Shown here: positions 38,019-46,322 of the stretch, piece after piece
Numbering within the stretch: position 1 is the stretch's first letter
How the letters are laid out: every line of letters starts with the position of its first letter
Source: Candidatus Saccharimonadota bacterium
GTDB lineage: Bacteria > Patescibacteriota > Saccharimonadia > Saccharimonadales > Saccharimonadaceae
Assembly: GCA_017432025.1 (NCBI GenBank)
Contig: JAFRJX010000004.1
Location: 1,028-65,027 of the forward strand
Direction of reading: 5' to 3'
DNA: 64,000 bases
Program-made: the position numbers and the translations under genes
Notes under the pieces: model-generated
Database searches by the model: none
Told to the model about the DNA's origin: nothing
What the model saw: only the letters and a program-made list of their open reading frames with translations

Positions 38019-38903
38019 ATGGCGAAAGTCTTTTACGTCAAAAAGATCACCCCCGAAAATCTCATCAAGGTTTATGAAGCTCTCGGCGTCAAACTTCCTG
38101 GTAAAGTCGGCATCAAGGTTTCTACCGGCGAAGACGGTGCCAAAGGATACCTAAAAGCCGACCTCATCGCCCCATTCGTAAAAAGTTTGAACGGCACAAT
38201 TGTTGAATGTAACACTGCCTACGGTGGTGCTCGTAACACTGTTAAAGACCATATGAAAGTCGCTGAGGCCCACGGCTTTACTAGCTTCGCCCCAGTAGAT
38301 ATTTTGGATGCTGATGGCGATAAAAAAATTCCAGTAAAAAACGGTAAATACCTAAAATATGATTTAATTGGTACTCACTTCGATAATTACGATTCATTCG
38401 TCAATCTCGCCCATGGTAAAGGTCACATGATGGGAGGTTTCGGTGCTAACCTCAAGAATCAATCCATCGGTTTCGCCTCTAGAAAAGGGAAGGCTTACAT
38501 TCATTCCTGCGGCAAAACCACCAGTCCACGTCTTTGTTGGGTTTCTAAACACGAACAAATTGATTTCATTCATTCCATGGCTGAAGCTGCTACTGCTGTA
38601 GCCGATTATTTAAAAGAACAGGGAAAACCAATCGTCTACATTACTGTTATGAATGCAATTTCATTAAGTTGTGACTGCGACTCCGAGCAAGATGATCCAG
38701 TTATGAGCGACCTTGGCATCGTAGCATCTCTGGACCCAGTTGCAAATGACCAAGCTTTCATTGATATGGTCTGGGCATCTAAAGAACCGGGTGCTGCCGA
38801 CTTAAGAGAGCGCATCGATTCTCGCCTTGGCCGTGAAATATTGCCATACGCCGAAGAACTCGGTCTTGGTTCTAGAGAATACGAACTTGTCGAGCTTCAA
38901 TAG
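38019..38903 (+). CDS. DUF362 family protein
   Basis: VGIKVSTGE, IVECNTAYGG, HGKGHMMGGFGANLKN, CDC, ASLDPVANDQA. Confidence 0.8.
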   Translation: MAKVFYVKKITPENLIKVYEALGVKLPGKVGIKVSTGEDGAKGYLKADLIAPFVKSLNGTIVECNTAYGGARNTVKDHMKVAEAHGFTSFAPVDILDADGDKKIPVKNGKYLKYDLIGTHFDNYDSFVNLAHGKGHMMGGFGANLKNQSIGFASRKGKAYIHSCGKTTSPRLCWVSKHEQIDFIHSMAEAATAVADYLKEQGKPIVYITVMNAISLSCDCDSEQDDPVMSDLGIVASLDPVANDQAFIDMVWASKEPGAADLRERIDSRLGREILPYAEELGLGSREYELVELQ

Positions 38904-38924
38904 ATATGGTATAATCATCTGAGT

Positions 38925-39001
38925 GGGTGATTAGCTCAGTTGGCTAGAGCGTCTCGTTTACACCGAGAAGGTCGGGGGTTCGAGCCCCTCATCACCCACC
39001 A
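38925..39001 (+). tRNA. tRNA-Val(TAC)
   Basis: GGGTGAT...ATCACCC-ACCA, anticodon loop TT-TAC-AC, GTTCGAG T-loop. Confidence 0.98.
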
Positions 39002-39043
39002 GATATAAAAAGAAAGACCCAGCGGGTCTTTATTTTTATATCT
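39001..39043. terminator. Long hairpin/terminator after tRNA-Val
   Basis: AGATATAAAAA-g-AAAGACCC-agc-GGGTCTTT-a-TTTTTATATCT (19 bp, one mismatch). Confidence 0.75.
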
Positions 39044-39067
39044 GCTAAGATATGGCTCGCCTCGCAA

Positions 39068-39123
39068 GGGGGTTCGCGCGAAGCAAGGCTTTGCCTCTGG
39101 CAAAGCCGCTGCCCCTCATCACC
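39068..39123 (+). repeat. Interrupted duplicate of the tRNA-Val 3' end
   Basis: GGGGGTTCG-[34-nt insert]-GCCCCTCATCACC versus tRNA GGGGGTTCG-A-GCCCCTCATCACC (38974-38996). Confidence 0.8.
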
Positions 39124-39162
39124 ATTCCAAATCTAGTCTATTGTGGAGTATAATTATAATCA

Positions 39163-40485
39163 ATGCGGATATTTAAAGAAAGGAATAATGTGGGTGACGA
39201 CTCTAGAGAGCGATACTTCATCATTAATAAGATGTATGCCGGAAGCTACTTAGCCGAAAATGATTTTCAAAACATCGGTCACGAAGTAGTAAATCTTTTT
39301 AGCGATGATAATGGCGACAATTATATTTATATTAATCCTACTGGGACCATACCATCCAAATATGATGACAAAATCGAGTATGTTATTTTAACTAAGCAAT
39401 ATAGCAAAGGCTGCCAAGAGGTATTGGGCATCGCTAAAGTGGGCGAACAATTAATTAAAAAATCAGAAAACAAGGAAGGTATACCAAAACAAGCGAAGAA
39501 ATACAAAAACCAAATAAAGTATAGAAAACAGACCCTCGCAAAAATATTCAAGGATAATATATATAATGGCGGAGAAGACAGCTATTCTGAAAACCCAGTC
39601 ATAACATTTAAATCGAAAGAGTTTTACTTACCAAGCAGGCGGATACTAATAGCCGAAAAAGGTTCTCCAATCCAAGAAGATGGGGTAACCATCTGTGAAT
39701 TAGACGACTATAAATTCGGGCACCAATCTCTAAGGTTTTATTTTTCCAATAAAGATAAAAAAACAAAAAACGCATTTAAGTCCCTTGAGAAACTTATAGA
39801 TAATAAGTCCTTATTTGACGACAAGAAAAAGCTCAACATGATTACAAAGGCCGACATAGACCGATACGGAAAAGAAGCAACCAGCTATCTAGAAATAATG
39901 GGGAAAATAAATAGTGAAAACATTTATTCAAACCTATTACACTATTTCTTAAAAACTGACCGTGAATTATTGGCGAAATTTTGCAAAAAGATTTGCGGTG
40001 TTGATATTCAGAAAAACAAAGCTAAGGTTGAAAGAGAGAAGCACGGACGAACCGATATCTGGATTGAAGATGATAAAAATGTAATAGTGATTGAGAATAA
40101 AATTGATGCCGGGTTGAGCGGGCCTAAACAACTTAAAAACTACAGTAAAAAAGCCCACGAAGAAGCCAAGGAAAGAAAGAAAAAAGTCACACTACGCCTA
40201 ATCGCCCCGAACCACTACAGTAAAATAAAACTAGATGAGAATAATGAGTGCGACGGTTTTAAGATGAAAAGATATAGCGAAATACATGAAGTTCTTAAAG
40301 ATTACCAAACTATCAAAATCAAAGGTGAAGATAAAGAATATGTAGAGAGAATAAACTTGTATTACTCAGATTTCTTGAGAGCTTTGAGTATTCATGGACA
40401 AAGTGAAAAAACTGCCGATCAAGAATCCGCCGAGCGATTGTTCTTTAAAAAGATTTACCTATTATCTAAAAATGATAAGCTTTAA
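39163..40485 (+). CDS. PD-(D/E)XK nuclease family protein
   Basis: REKHGRTDIWIE...IVIENKID...QLKNY; AT-rich with A-ending codons, unlike the flanking genes. Confidence 0.8.
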   Translation: MRIFKERNNVGDDSRERYFIINKMYAGSYLAENDFQNIGHEVVNLFSDDNGDNYIYINPTGTIPSKYDDKIEYVILTKQYSKGCQEVLGIAKVGEQLIKKSENKEGIPKQAKKYKNQIKYRKQTLAKIFKDNIYNGGEDSYSENPVITFKSKEFYLPSRRILIAEKGSPIQEDGVTICELDDYKFGHQSLRFYFSNKDKKTKNAFKSLEKLIDNKSLFDDKKKLNMITKADIDRYGKEATSYLEIMGKINSENIYSNLLHYFLKTDRELLAKFCKKICGVDIQKNKAKVEREKHGRTDIWIEDDKNVIVIENKIDAGLSGPKQLKNYSKKAHEEAKERKKKVTLRLIAPNHYSKIKLDENNECDGFKMKRYSEIHEVLKDYQTIKIKGEDKEYVERINLYYSDFLRALSIHGQSEKTADQESAERLFFKKIYLLSKNDKL

Positions 40486-40528
40486 TCCATATAAAACTAG
40501 TGATATAGAGAAAGGAACTGAAAAAAAT

Positions 40529-40783
40529 ATGGCAAAAGATTGGAAAGAATTAGTGGGAGAAAGAACTAATAGGTATTTTGTTAAAGACGGTATTGTAGTG
40601 ATGAGCGATTATGCTCGCTATGATTACAGGGCAGACGGATGGAAATATTCTCCAGACAGCTTTTTTGCTGACGTAATAAATTCTAACGATGCCGACGAAG
40701 TTTCGAAAGACGAAGCACGGAAAATTGTAGAAAAGAATGGCGGCACCAACTTTGACAGCCAAGATAAACTGATAACAGAATAA
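40529..40783 (+). CDS. Hypothetical 84-aa protein
   Basis: AAAGGA RBS; AT-rich, part of the same islet. Confidence 0.65.
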   Translation: MAKDWKELVGERTNRYFVKDGIVVMSDYARYDYRADGWKYSPDSFFADVINSNDADEVSKDEARKIVEKNGGTNFDSQDKLITE

Positions 40784-40841
40784 AGGAAAGAATCTTTATT
40801 CTGGCGCCTAATAAACAGTCTTTTTGTTCAAAATTTTTATT

Positions 40842-40863
40842 TTTTACTACATTTGTAGTAAAA
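40842..40863. promoter_or_regulatory. Palindromic operator, BlaI/MecI/CopY-type (TACA-N2-TGTA)
   Basis: TTTTACTACA-TT-TGTAGTAAAA, a perfect 10-bp inverted repeat upstream of a TGaTAAAAT -10 at about 40900. Confidence 0.55.
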
Positions 40864-40933
40864 CTCTAAAAATCGCCAAAATTCCGGTTTAGATCAGTGA
40901 TAAAATCGTGCGTACGGAGGAGAAAGGATTTTA

Positions 40934-41575
40934 ATGTTAAAAGTTGTGGTGTTTGATAGTGGGTATGGTGGGGAATTGTTTGCAGATTACCTGAGCGAAG
41001 AAGTCGGAACGCTCGAAGTAATCCGCGTAATCGATTGGCGAAATGCCGAGGACTTGCAAAAGAGTGCTCGCCTCGCCCGTAAAATCGCCGAAAACACGCT
41101 TCGGCCATATCTAAACCAGGTTGATCTCATCGTGTTTGCGAATTATCTTCTTTCCACTACTAGCTTGAACTATTTTCGCCGGAAGTATAAAAAGCAGAAA
41201 TTCGCTGGCCTCACACTCCCGAAGCTGGAATCAGCAAAACGCCCAGCCGTTTTAACTACTGCCGCCCTTAGCAGATCAAAATCCTTTCGCTATTACTCCG
41301 CGAGAAACCATCTTAAATCATTTATCCTGGATGATTGGCCGATTTTAATCGACGATGGGGAATTAGGCAACGCCAAATTTCGCCGTGATTTAAAACACGT
41401 GAAAACCTTTAGTCCTACCACCATTGTCCTCGCTTGCAGTCAATTCTCGGATCTCCTACCAGAACTGAGACGTTTTTTCGGCCACAATCTTAAGATTATC
41501 GATGGTTTCGAGGATACTCTACGTGAAACCGAGCAAATTCTAGGTCTTCGTGGCATCCTGAAAAAGAAGGACTAG
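40934..41575 (+). CDS. Glutamate racemase (MurI)-like protein with degenerate catalytic motifs
   Basis: VVVFDSGYGG N-terminus; FANYL and LACSQF at the positions of ACNTA and LGCTHY. Confidence 0.65.
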   Translation: MLKVVVFDSGYGGELFADYLSEEVGTLEVIRVIDWRNAEDLQKSARLARKIAENTLRPYLNQVDLIVFANYLLSTTSLNYFRRKYKKQKFAGLTLPKLESAKRPAVLTTAALSRSKSFRYYSARNHLKSFILDDWPILIDDGELGNAKFRRDLKHVKTFSPTTIVLACSQFSDLLPELRRFFGHNLKIIDGFEDTLRETEQILGLRGILKKKD

Positions 41576-42163
41576 TTATTTATAGAGCTTTTTCATGTAG
41601 AGTGTTTTCGGAATCATTCTCATCGCATCTACCGTTGCGCTCGAATCCATTTTCACTTTGCAGATTACAGCATACATTTCTTTGCCGAACTTCCCGACGT
41701 AGGCGAGCCCGTCTTCACTACTTGCTTCCAGCCAGCTAAACCCATTTACGGTATAGCTTTGGTTGGTGATTGATAAGCTATTGTCTTTTTTCTTGAGATA
41801 TTTATCTGGCGTCAAGCTAGACTTCTCAACGTAAACAATCACTTCGGCCTGGCTTTCAACCTCATCCAGGATAAAATGGTACACCCCATTACCTTTATCG
41901 CCATTCTTGAAAGCATATGGCAAGTAGAATTCCAGATTCTCAACTTCAATTAGATTGCCATTCGCTGAAACTCTAATATAAGGGTTTTCAACGAGCTCTT
42001 TACCATCATCCTCGCTGGTGCCTGGTTCATCGCCGCCACCGAGCTTAATTACGCCGGTACCAACTAGAACTGCCACACCGGCTACTAAAACCACAAGCAA
42101 GGAAACAATCACAATAAAGAATACGTTGGTTGGACTAACTCCGCTGCGCACTGTTCTTTTCAT
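41576..42163 (-). CDS. Hypothetical single-TM protein with beta-rich ectodomain
   Basis: 195-aa ORF, N-terminal TM, AGGAGAGG-type RBS. Confidence 0.7.
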   Translation of the reverse strand: MKRTVRSGVSPTNVFFIVIVSLLVVLVAGVAVLVGTGVIKLGGGDEPGTSEDDGKELVENPYIRVSANGNLIEVENLEFYLPYAFKNGDKGNGVYHFILDEVESQAEVIVYVEKSSLTPDKYLKKKDNSLSITNQSYTVNGFSWLEASSEDGLAYVGKFGKEMYAVICKVKMDSSATVDAMRMIPKTLYMKKLYK

Positions 42164-42239
42164 TTTTACCTCTCCTTTTTAAGAATTATACCAAACTTTA
42201 CATAAAAAATCCCCCATCTTGTGGGGGAATGGTGGTGGG

Positions 42240-42860
42240 TTACTCCAGATTGACATTGTGGTATCTCGCCAGCAAAGTCAGCGTTCTTTTGAGCGCAGTT
42301 CGAATCGTGTGCAACATGTCCGAGAGTTCCGGATAGGCATATTTTGCCTCTTTTAGAACCGGCATTAGCAACACATGTGTCTCGACAATATTCTTCACAA
42401 TCGCATCTTCCGTCAAAGCCCCCTCGGCATCGTTTAGATTAGCATTGCGATCAAACGCTTTACAAACAATCGCTTCTTTACTTTCTAAGAGCTTGCCGAA
42501 GTATAAACGTTTAATCGCGGGCTTATCGTCTTTCGGAACTTCCGGTACTGTCATTAGCTCGACACCACGCTTCACTACCGCATTGACCGGCAAAGCCGAC
42601 AAGGGAATACCACAATCCTCACACACATCGTGGAGCAAAATCGTAGCAATAATCTCGTCAGTTGCCCCTCTACATGCAATCGCATCACATGCCATCGACA
42701 GGGGATGAATGATGTACGGTCTACCATCTTTCCGTTCTTGATCCTTATGTGCCTTCCGAGCAAATTGTAAGGCTTTCTGGCTCTGTTCAAATCCTGGACC
42801 ATCTAACCTACCGCGTAGGTAAGTATACATTACTAGTTCGTCCAGTTCGTATGGGGTCAT
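42240..42860 (-). CDS. HD-domain small alarmone hydrolase (Mesh1/SAH-like)
   Basis: AHKDQERKDGRPYIIHP, LLHDVCED, KAFDRNANL; GGAGG RBS 8 nt before ATG 42860; terminator hairpin at about 42204-42229. Confidence 0.8.
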   Translation of the reverse strand: MTPYELDELVMYTYLRGRLDGPGFEQSQKALQFARKAHKDQERKDGRPYIIHPLSMACDAIACRGATDEIIATILLHDVCEDCGIPLSALPVNAVVKRGVELMTVPEVPKDDKPAIKRLYFGKLLESKEAIVCKAFDRNANLNDAEGALTEDAIVKNIVETHVLLMPVLKEAKYAYPELSDMLHTIRTALKRTLTLLARYHNVNLE

Positions 42861-42981
42861 TAAGACCACCTCCTCTATAAATTAAAGAGCCCCCACCAAT
42901 TCTTAAATTATGCCACACTTTCACCAAAAAGTCAATCTGTTAAACCTGTTAAAATAGCGAAAAATATGATAAAATAAGCAT

Positions 42982-43908
42982 ATGCAGATTGAACTCAGCG
43001 TATTTTATGCACGACTCGGTGCGATTGCGTTGATTTTGATTCTTGGCTTCATTCTTGGCAAATGTAAACTCATCTCTGAAAAAGCGAACAGGGAACTCAC
43101 TAACCTTCTACTTACTGTCTTCATGCCGGCCTCGCTCTTTATGGCCTTCCCAGAATCCTACGACGAATCCGCCGCTAACCTCTTCTATTCCGGTTTTATG
43201 GCCGGTGTAATTATCATGCTGGTCCTCATTCTGCTCGCTCGCATCATCTTCAACAAAAAGTGGATGAAAAAAGGTCTCTCGCTTGAATCACAGTTTGCCC
43301 TCATTTTTAATAATGCAACTTTTCTAGGCTACCCAATCGTCGCCAACACATTTGGTGGTACTGGCATTTTAGCCTACTGTGGTTTCATCATCGCGTTTAA
43401 TATCGCGCTCTTTTCGTATGGCGTTTGGTTGTTTGAACAAAAAGTTACCATCCGCCTGTTCCACAAAATTATATTTAATCCGAACATCATTGCCGTCGTA
43501 CTTGGCATGATCTTCTTCCTCGTCGGCATTAAAATCCCTGGTTTTGTCTCGGATGCCATCGGTTACGTTGGTGGTGCCACTACGCCACTTTCGATTATTT
43601 GTATTGGCGTGATGTTATCTCAAGCGAAAATAAAAAAAGTGTTCAAAAAATGGAAGCTCATGCTCACGGCGCTCATCCAACTCACCGTCGGCCCGCTCGT
43701 CACATGGGGCTTGCTCACATTAATGCAATTTCCAGTCGAAGTCATTCAAGTTTGCACATTAATCCAGACTCTTCCAACCGCCACTTCGCTCGGGCTTTTT
43801 GCCGTGAAATATGGTGGCAACGCCGAGGAGTCATCCGAGCTCGTCACTATCTCGACGCTCTTTTCCGTTGTGACAATGCCTCTCATGGTAATGTTATTAA
43901 TAGTGTAA
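42982..43908 (+). CDS. AEC (auxin efflux carrier) family transporter
   Basis: About 10 TM; VFMPASLF, FNNATFLGYP, PLSIICIG, LPTATS, STLFSVVTMP. Confidence 0.9.
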   Translation: MQIELSVFYARLGAIALILILGFILGKCKLISEKANRELTNLLLTVFMPASLFMAFPESYDESAANLFYSGFMAGVIIMLVLILLARIIFNKKWMKKGLSLESQFALIFNNATFLGYPIVANTFGGTGILAYCGFIIAFNIALFSYGVWLFEQKVTIRLFHKIIFNPNIIAVVLGMIFFLVGIKIPGFVSDAIGYVGGATTPLSIICIGVMLSQAKIKKVFKKWKLMLTALIQLTVGPLVTWGLLTLMQFPVEVIQVCTLIQTLPTATSLGLFAVKYGGNAEESSELVTISTLFSVVTMPLMVMLLIV

Positions 43909-43954
43909 TAATAAACCGCTTATGGTAAAATTAAAGAAGTAAAAAGGAGTAACA

Positions 43955-45433
43955 ATGGAACCAACTAAAACCCCAGCACCAGCACCAAATCCTGCACCAA
44001 CGCCGGCACCGGCTCCTACATCTGCGCCTGTCACTCCTCCAGCTCCAACTCCAGTAACGCCTACTTCAACCCCGGTCATTCAACCGGCTCCAGTAAAAAT
44101 GTCGACACCATCTGGTCAAAGCACTACAGCGAATCACCAAGGCACTACGATTGCTCGTCCAGTTGCCCCAGCTCCTGCACCGGCCCCGCAACCAACTCCT
44201 ACTCCGGTCACTCCACAACCACAGCAGCCAGCTCCGACGCCTACTCCTACCCCAGCTCCAGTACCGGCTCCTGCGCCTGAACCTGCACCAGTTCCGGAAC
44301 CACCAGTAGAAGAAACCGCTTCTGTCGCTGACGATCTTGAAAAAGCCCTGAATGAAGAAACCACCGAAATCGAAACCACGGTTACTCAAATTGAAGCTCC
44401 AACTGAGCCAATTACCCCGAAGAAACGTAGGGGTCAGCTCCCGCTTCTTATCGGCATTATTATCTTAGTAGCTGCCTCTATCTTTGGCGTCCTTTATGCA
44501 CTCGGAATTATTAGCTTTGGGAGTCCAGCCCCAGAGCCACCAAAAGAGGCCACTGGCCCGACCGCGACCATTTTTCAAGATGTTTGTTCTACTCGTAATA
44601 TGCGTTACGAAGAAGTTAGCGAAGGGAACAGCCTCTACGCATCCTATAAGGCCATTTTCGGCGACGATACGGCCAGCATTCATCATTGTATTACTACCGA
44701 GGAGACTATTGGCGATGAACCAAGTGAAGATAGCGTCGAAGAGTTTATCACGATTTTCTTCAACGGTAACTACAGCGAGTATAACGAGGAAAAAAGAGCT
44801 AATATTATTGGCAGCTATGTCGATGCCTACACCAAAGGGAGCGGCAACATCACCATTCTCGAAAATGGCACTGATTTCTTTAAAGAAATTACCGTGGCTG
44901 GCCCGACCTATACTTATGTCGCCGTCTACAAAGGCTCTTATACTTATATGAAAATCAACCAGATCGATGCCGCTGAAAGCATCTTAAAGGATCTTGAATA
45001 TCCAAATCGTAGCAACGCTTCGATTGAAAAGATCGAGCAAACTGCCGCTAACGCCGAAGCCGATGCTACGATTCTAAACGCCTTAATTACTTTTGACAAC
45101 AATTTCCTAAACTATATTTCCATTAACCAGAAACTCCCGAACATCACTGGCGAATCACAACTTAATATCAGCGAAACTGGCACCACTGATCTCGACGCCT
45201 TTTATCGCGACTATTTGTTTAACATCAAGAATCAAGCCGGCGAACATTATGCTTTCCAAGCTTCCGCTAAAGCCGACGAAACTCTTGCTATGAGTAAAGC
45301 CGTTACTGTCCACTATAAATCCAAATGTAATGCCGATAGCGGTAAACTCGAAGCCTTTGAATCAGATACCGCCTACGCCCTTACCTACATCGCTGCGGAC
45401 GGCAATCATTATCTTTGCGTATCAAATAAATAA
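43955..45433 (+). CDS. Type II membrane protein: Pro/Thr-rich N-terminus, TM, Cys-containing domain and C-terminal pilin-head-like domain
   Basis: 492-aa ORF; PAP repeats; TM LLIGIIILVAASIFGVLYALGII. Confidence 0.75.
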   Translation: MEPTKTPAPAPNPAPTPAPAPTSAPVTPPAPTPVTPTSTPVIQPAPVKMSTPSGQSTTANHQGTTIARPVAPAPAPAPQPTPTPVTPQPQQPAPTPTPTPAPVPAPAPEPAPVPEPPVEETASVADDLEKALNEETTEIETTVTQIEAPTEPITPKKRRGQLPLLIGIIILVAASIFGVLYALGIISFGSPAPEPPKEATGPTATIFQDVCSTRNMRYEEVSEGNSLYASYKAIFGDDTASIHHCITTEETIGDEPSEDSVEEFITIFFNGNYSEYNEEKRANIIGSYVDAYTKGSGNITILENGTDFFKEITVAGPTYTYVAVYKGSYTYMKINQIDAAESILKDLEYPNRSNASIEKIEQTAANAEADATILNALITFDNNFLNYISINQKLPNITGESQLNISETGTTDLDAFYRDYLFNIKNQAGEHYAFQASAKADETLAMSKAVTVHYKSKCNADSGKLEAFESDTAYALTYIAADGNHYLCVSNK

Positions 45434-45441
45434 GGAGAATT

Positions 45442-46257
45442 ATGGAGCGTAAATTCCCAAAACTAGAACCACTGCCAAAGGAAGAAACACCGGCTCCACT
45501 TATCATTCCAAAGCGCGAAAAGCCAGTTGAAAAACCAGAGGAGACAACCGAGAAACCGGAGGAAACCCCGGCGGTCGAAACTTCCGCTGAAAAAATTACC
45601 GAACCCGTCGCCGAAACTAGCCCTGCCGAAGAAAAAGCCAGCGCCGAAGCACGTGCGGAAGCTCTTATCATGTCTCATACGGCCAAGATTAAGCCAAACA
45701 CCAAGTCGAAAGCCCCACTCACCATCATCGGTATCCTTGCTGGTCTCGCTATCGCTGTGGGCATTCTCTTCGCTTCTGGTGTTATTAATTTCGAACTTCC
45801 AAATAATCCGTCCGGAGGAGAATCCAAAATTCCAAATACGACAACTGCTAAGCTTTTCTGCGAAAATGAAGGCCATAAATTCGGTCATCTATACGACGAC
45901 GAAGATGCCGCTCCGTTCATTGGTGGCGAGGAATTAAAGGAATACGTCAGCGGGCAATACTCTTGCTCTATGGCCGAATACACTGAAGATAGCGCGGAGC
46001 CAACCTTCGATTTCGTCTACATGGCTCTAGGAGATGAATACGAAAACATCGAAGCCCTTAAAGAAGTACTTACTTTGCTAGGCAAATATCAAAATGTTAA
46101 GAAAAACACCGACAAGTATTTCTTGTCTGTTGCCGAAAGCACTTCGCCATACATTTATCTCGCTGCCTATGGACGGGCCGTCGTTGAAATCTACGCCGAT
46201 GACGAAGAAACCGCCGAGACTGTTCTTAGGGAATTAAACTTCCCAAACTATAAGTAG
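45442..46257 (+). CDS. Type II membrane protein, paralog of the middle domain of the upstream gene
   Basis: Glu/Pro-rich N-terminus, TM, shared Y-x-Y-x-A-x-Y...AE-x-x-L-x-x-L-x-x-PN motif. Confidence 0.75.
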   Translation: MERKFPKLEPLPKEETPAPLIIPKREKPVEKPEETTEKPEETPAVETSAEKITEPVAETSPAEEKASAEARAEALIMSHTAKIKPNTKSKAPLTIIGILAGLAIAVGILFASGVINFELPNNPSGGESKIPNTTTAKLFCENEGHKFGHLYDDEDAAPFIGGEELKEYVSGQYSCSMAEYTEDSAEPTFDFVYMALGDEYENIEALKEVLTLLGKYQNVKKNTDKYFLSVAESTSPYIYLAAYGRAVVEIYADDEETAETVLRELNFPNYK

Positions 46258-46322
46258 TTTTTCTCTCTAATCCTTTTCTTGTGTTATAATTAAAAGATAT
46301 AAATAAAGGGAAAGGATAAAGA

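Noticed and set aside
39163-40800. Prophage or complete integrative element at tRNA-Val
   Set aside because: No integrase, phage genes or distal att copy seen; kept only as an islet.
46257-46322. T-box upstream of thrS
   Set aside because: Leader is about 30 nt from the -10 to the ATG, with no TGGNACC motif.
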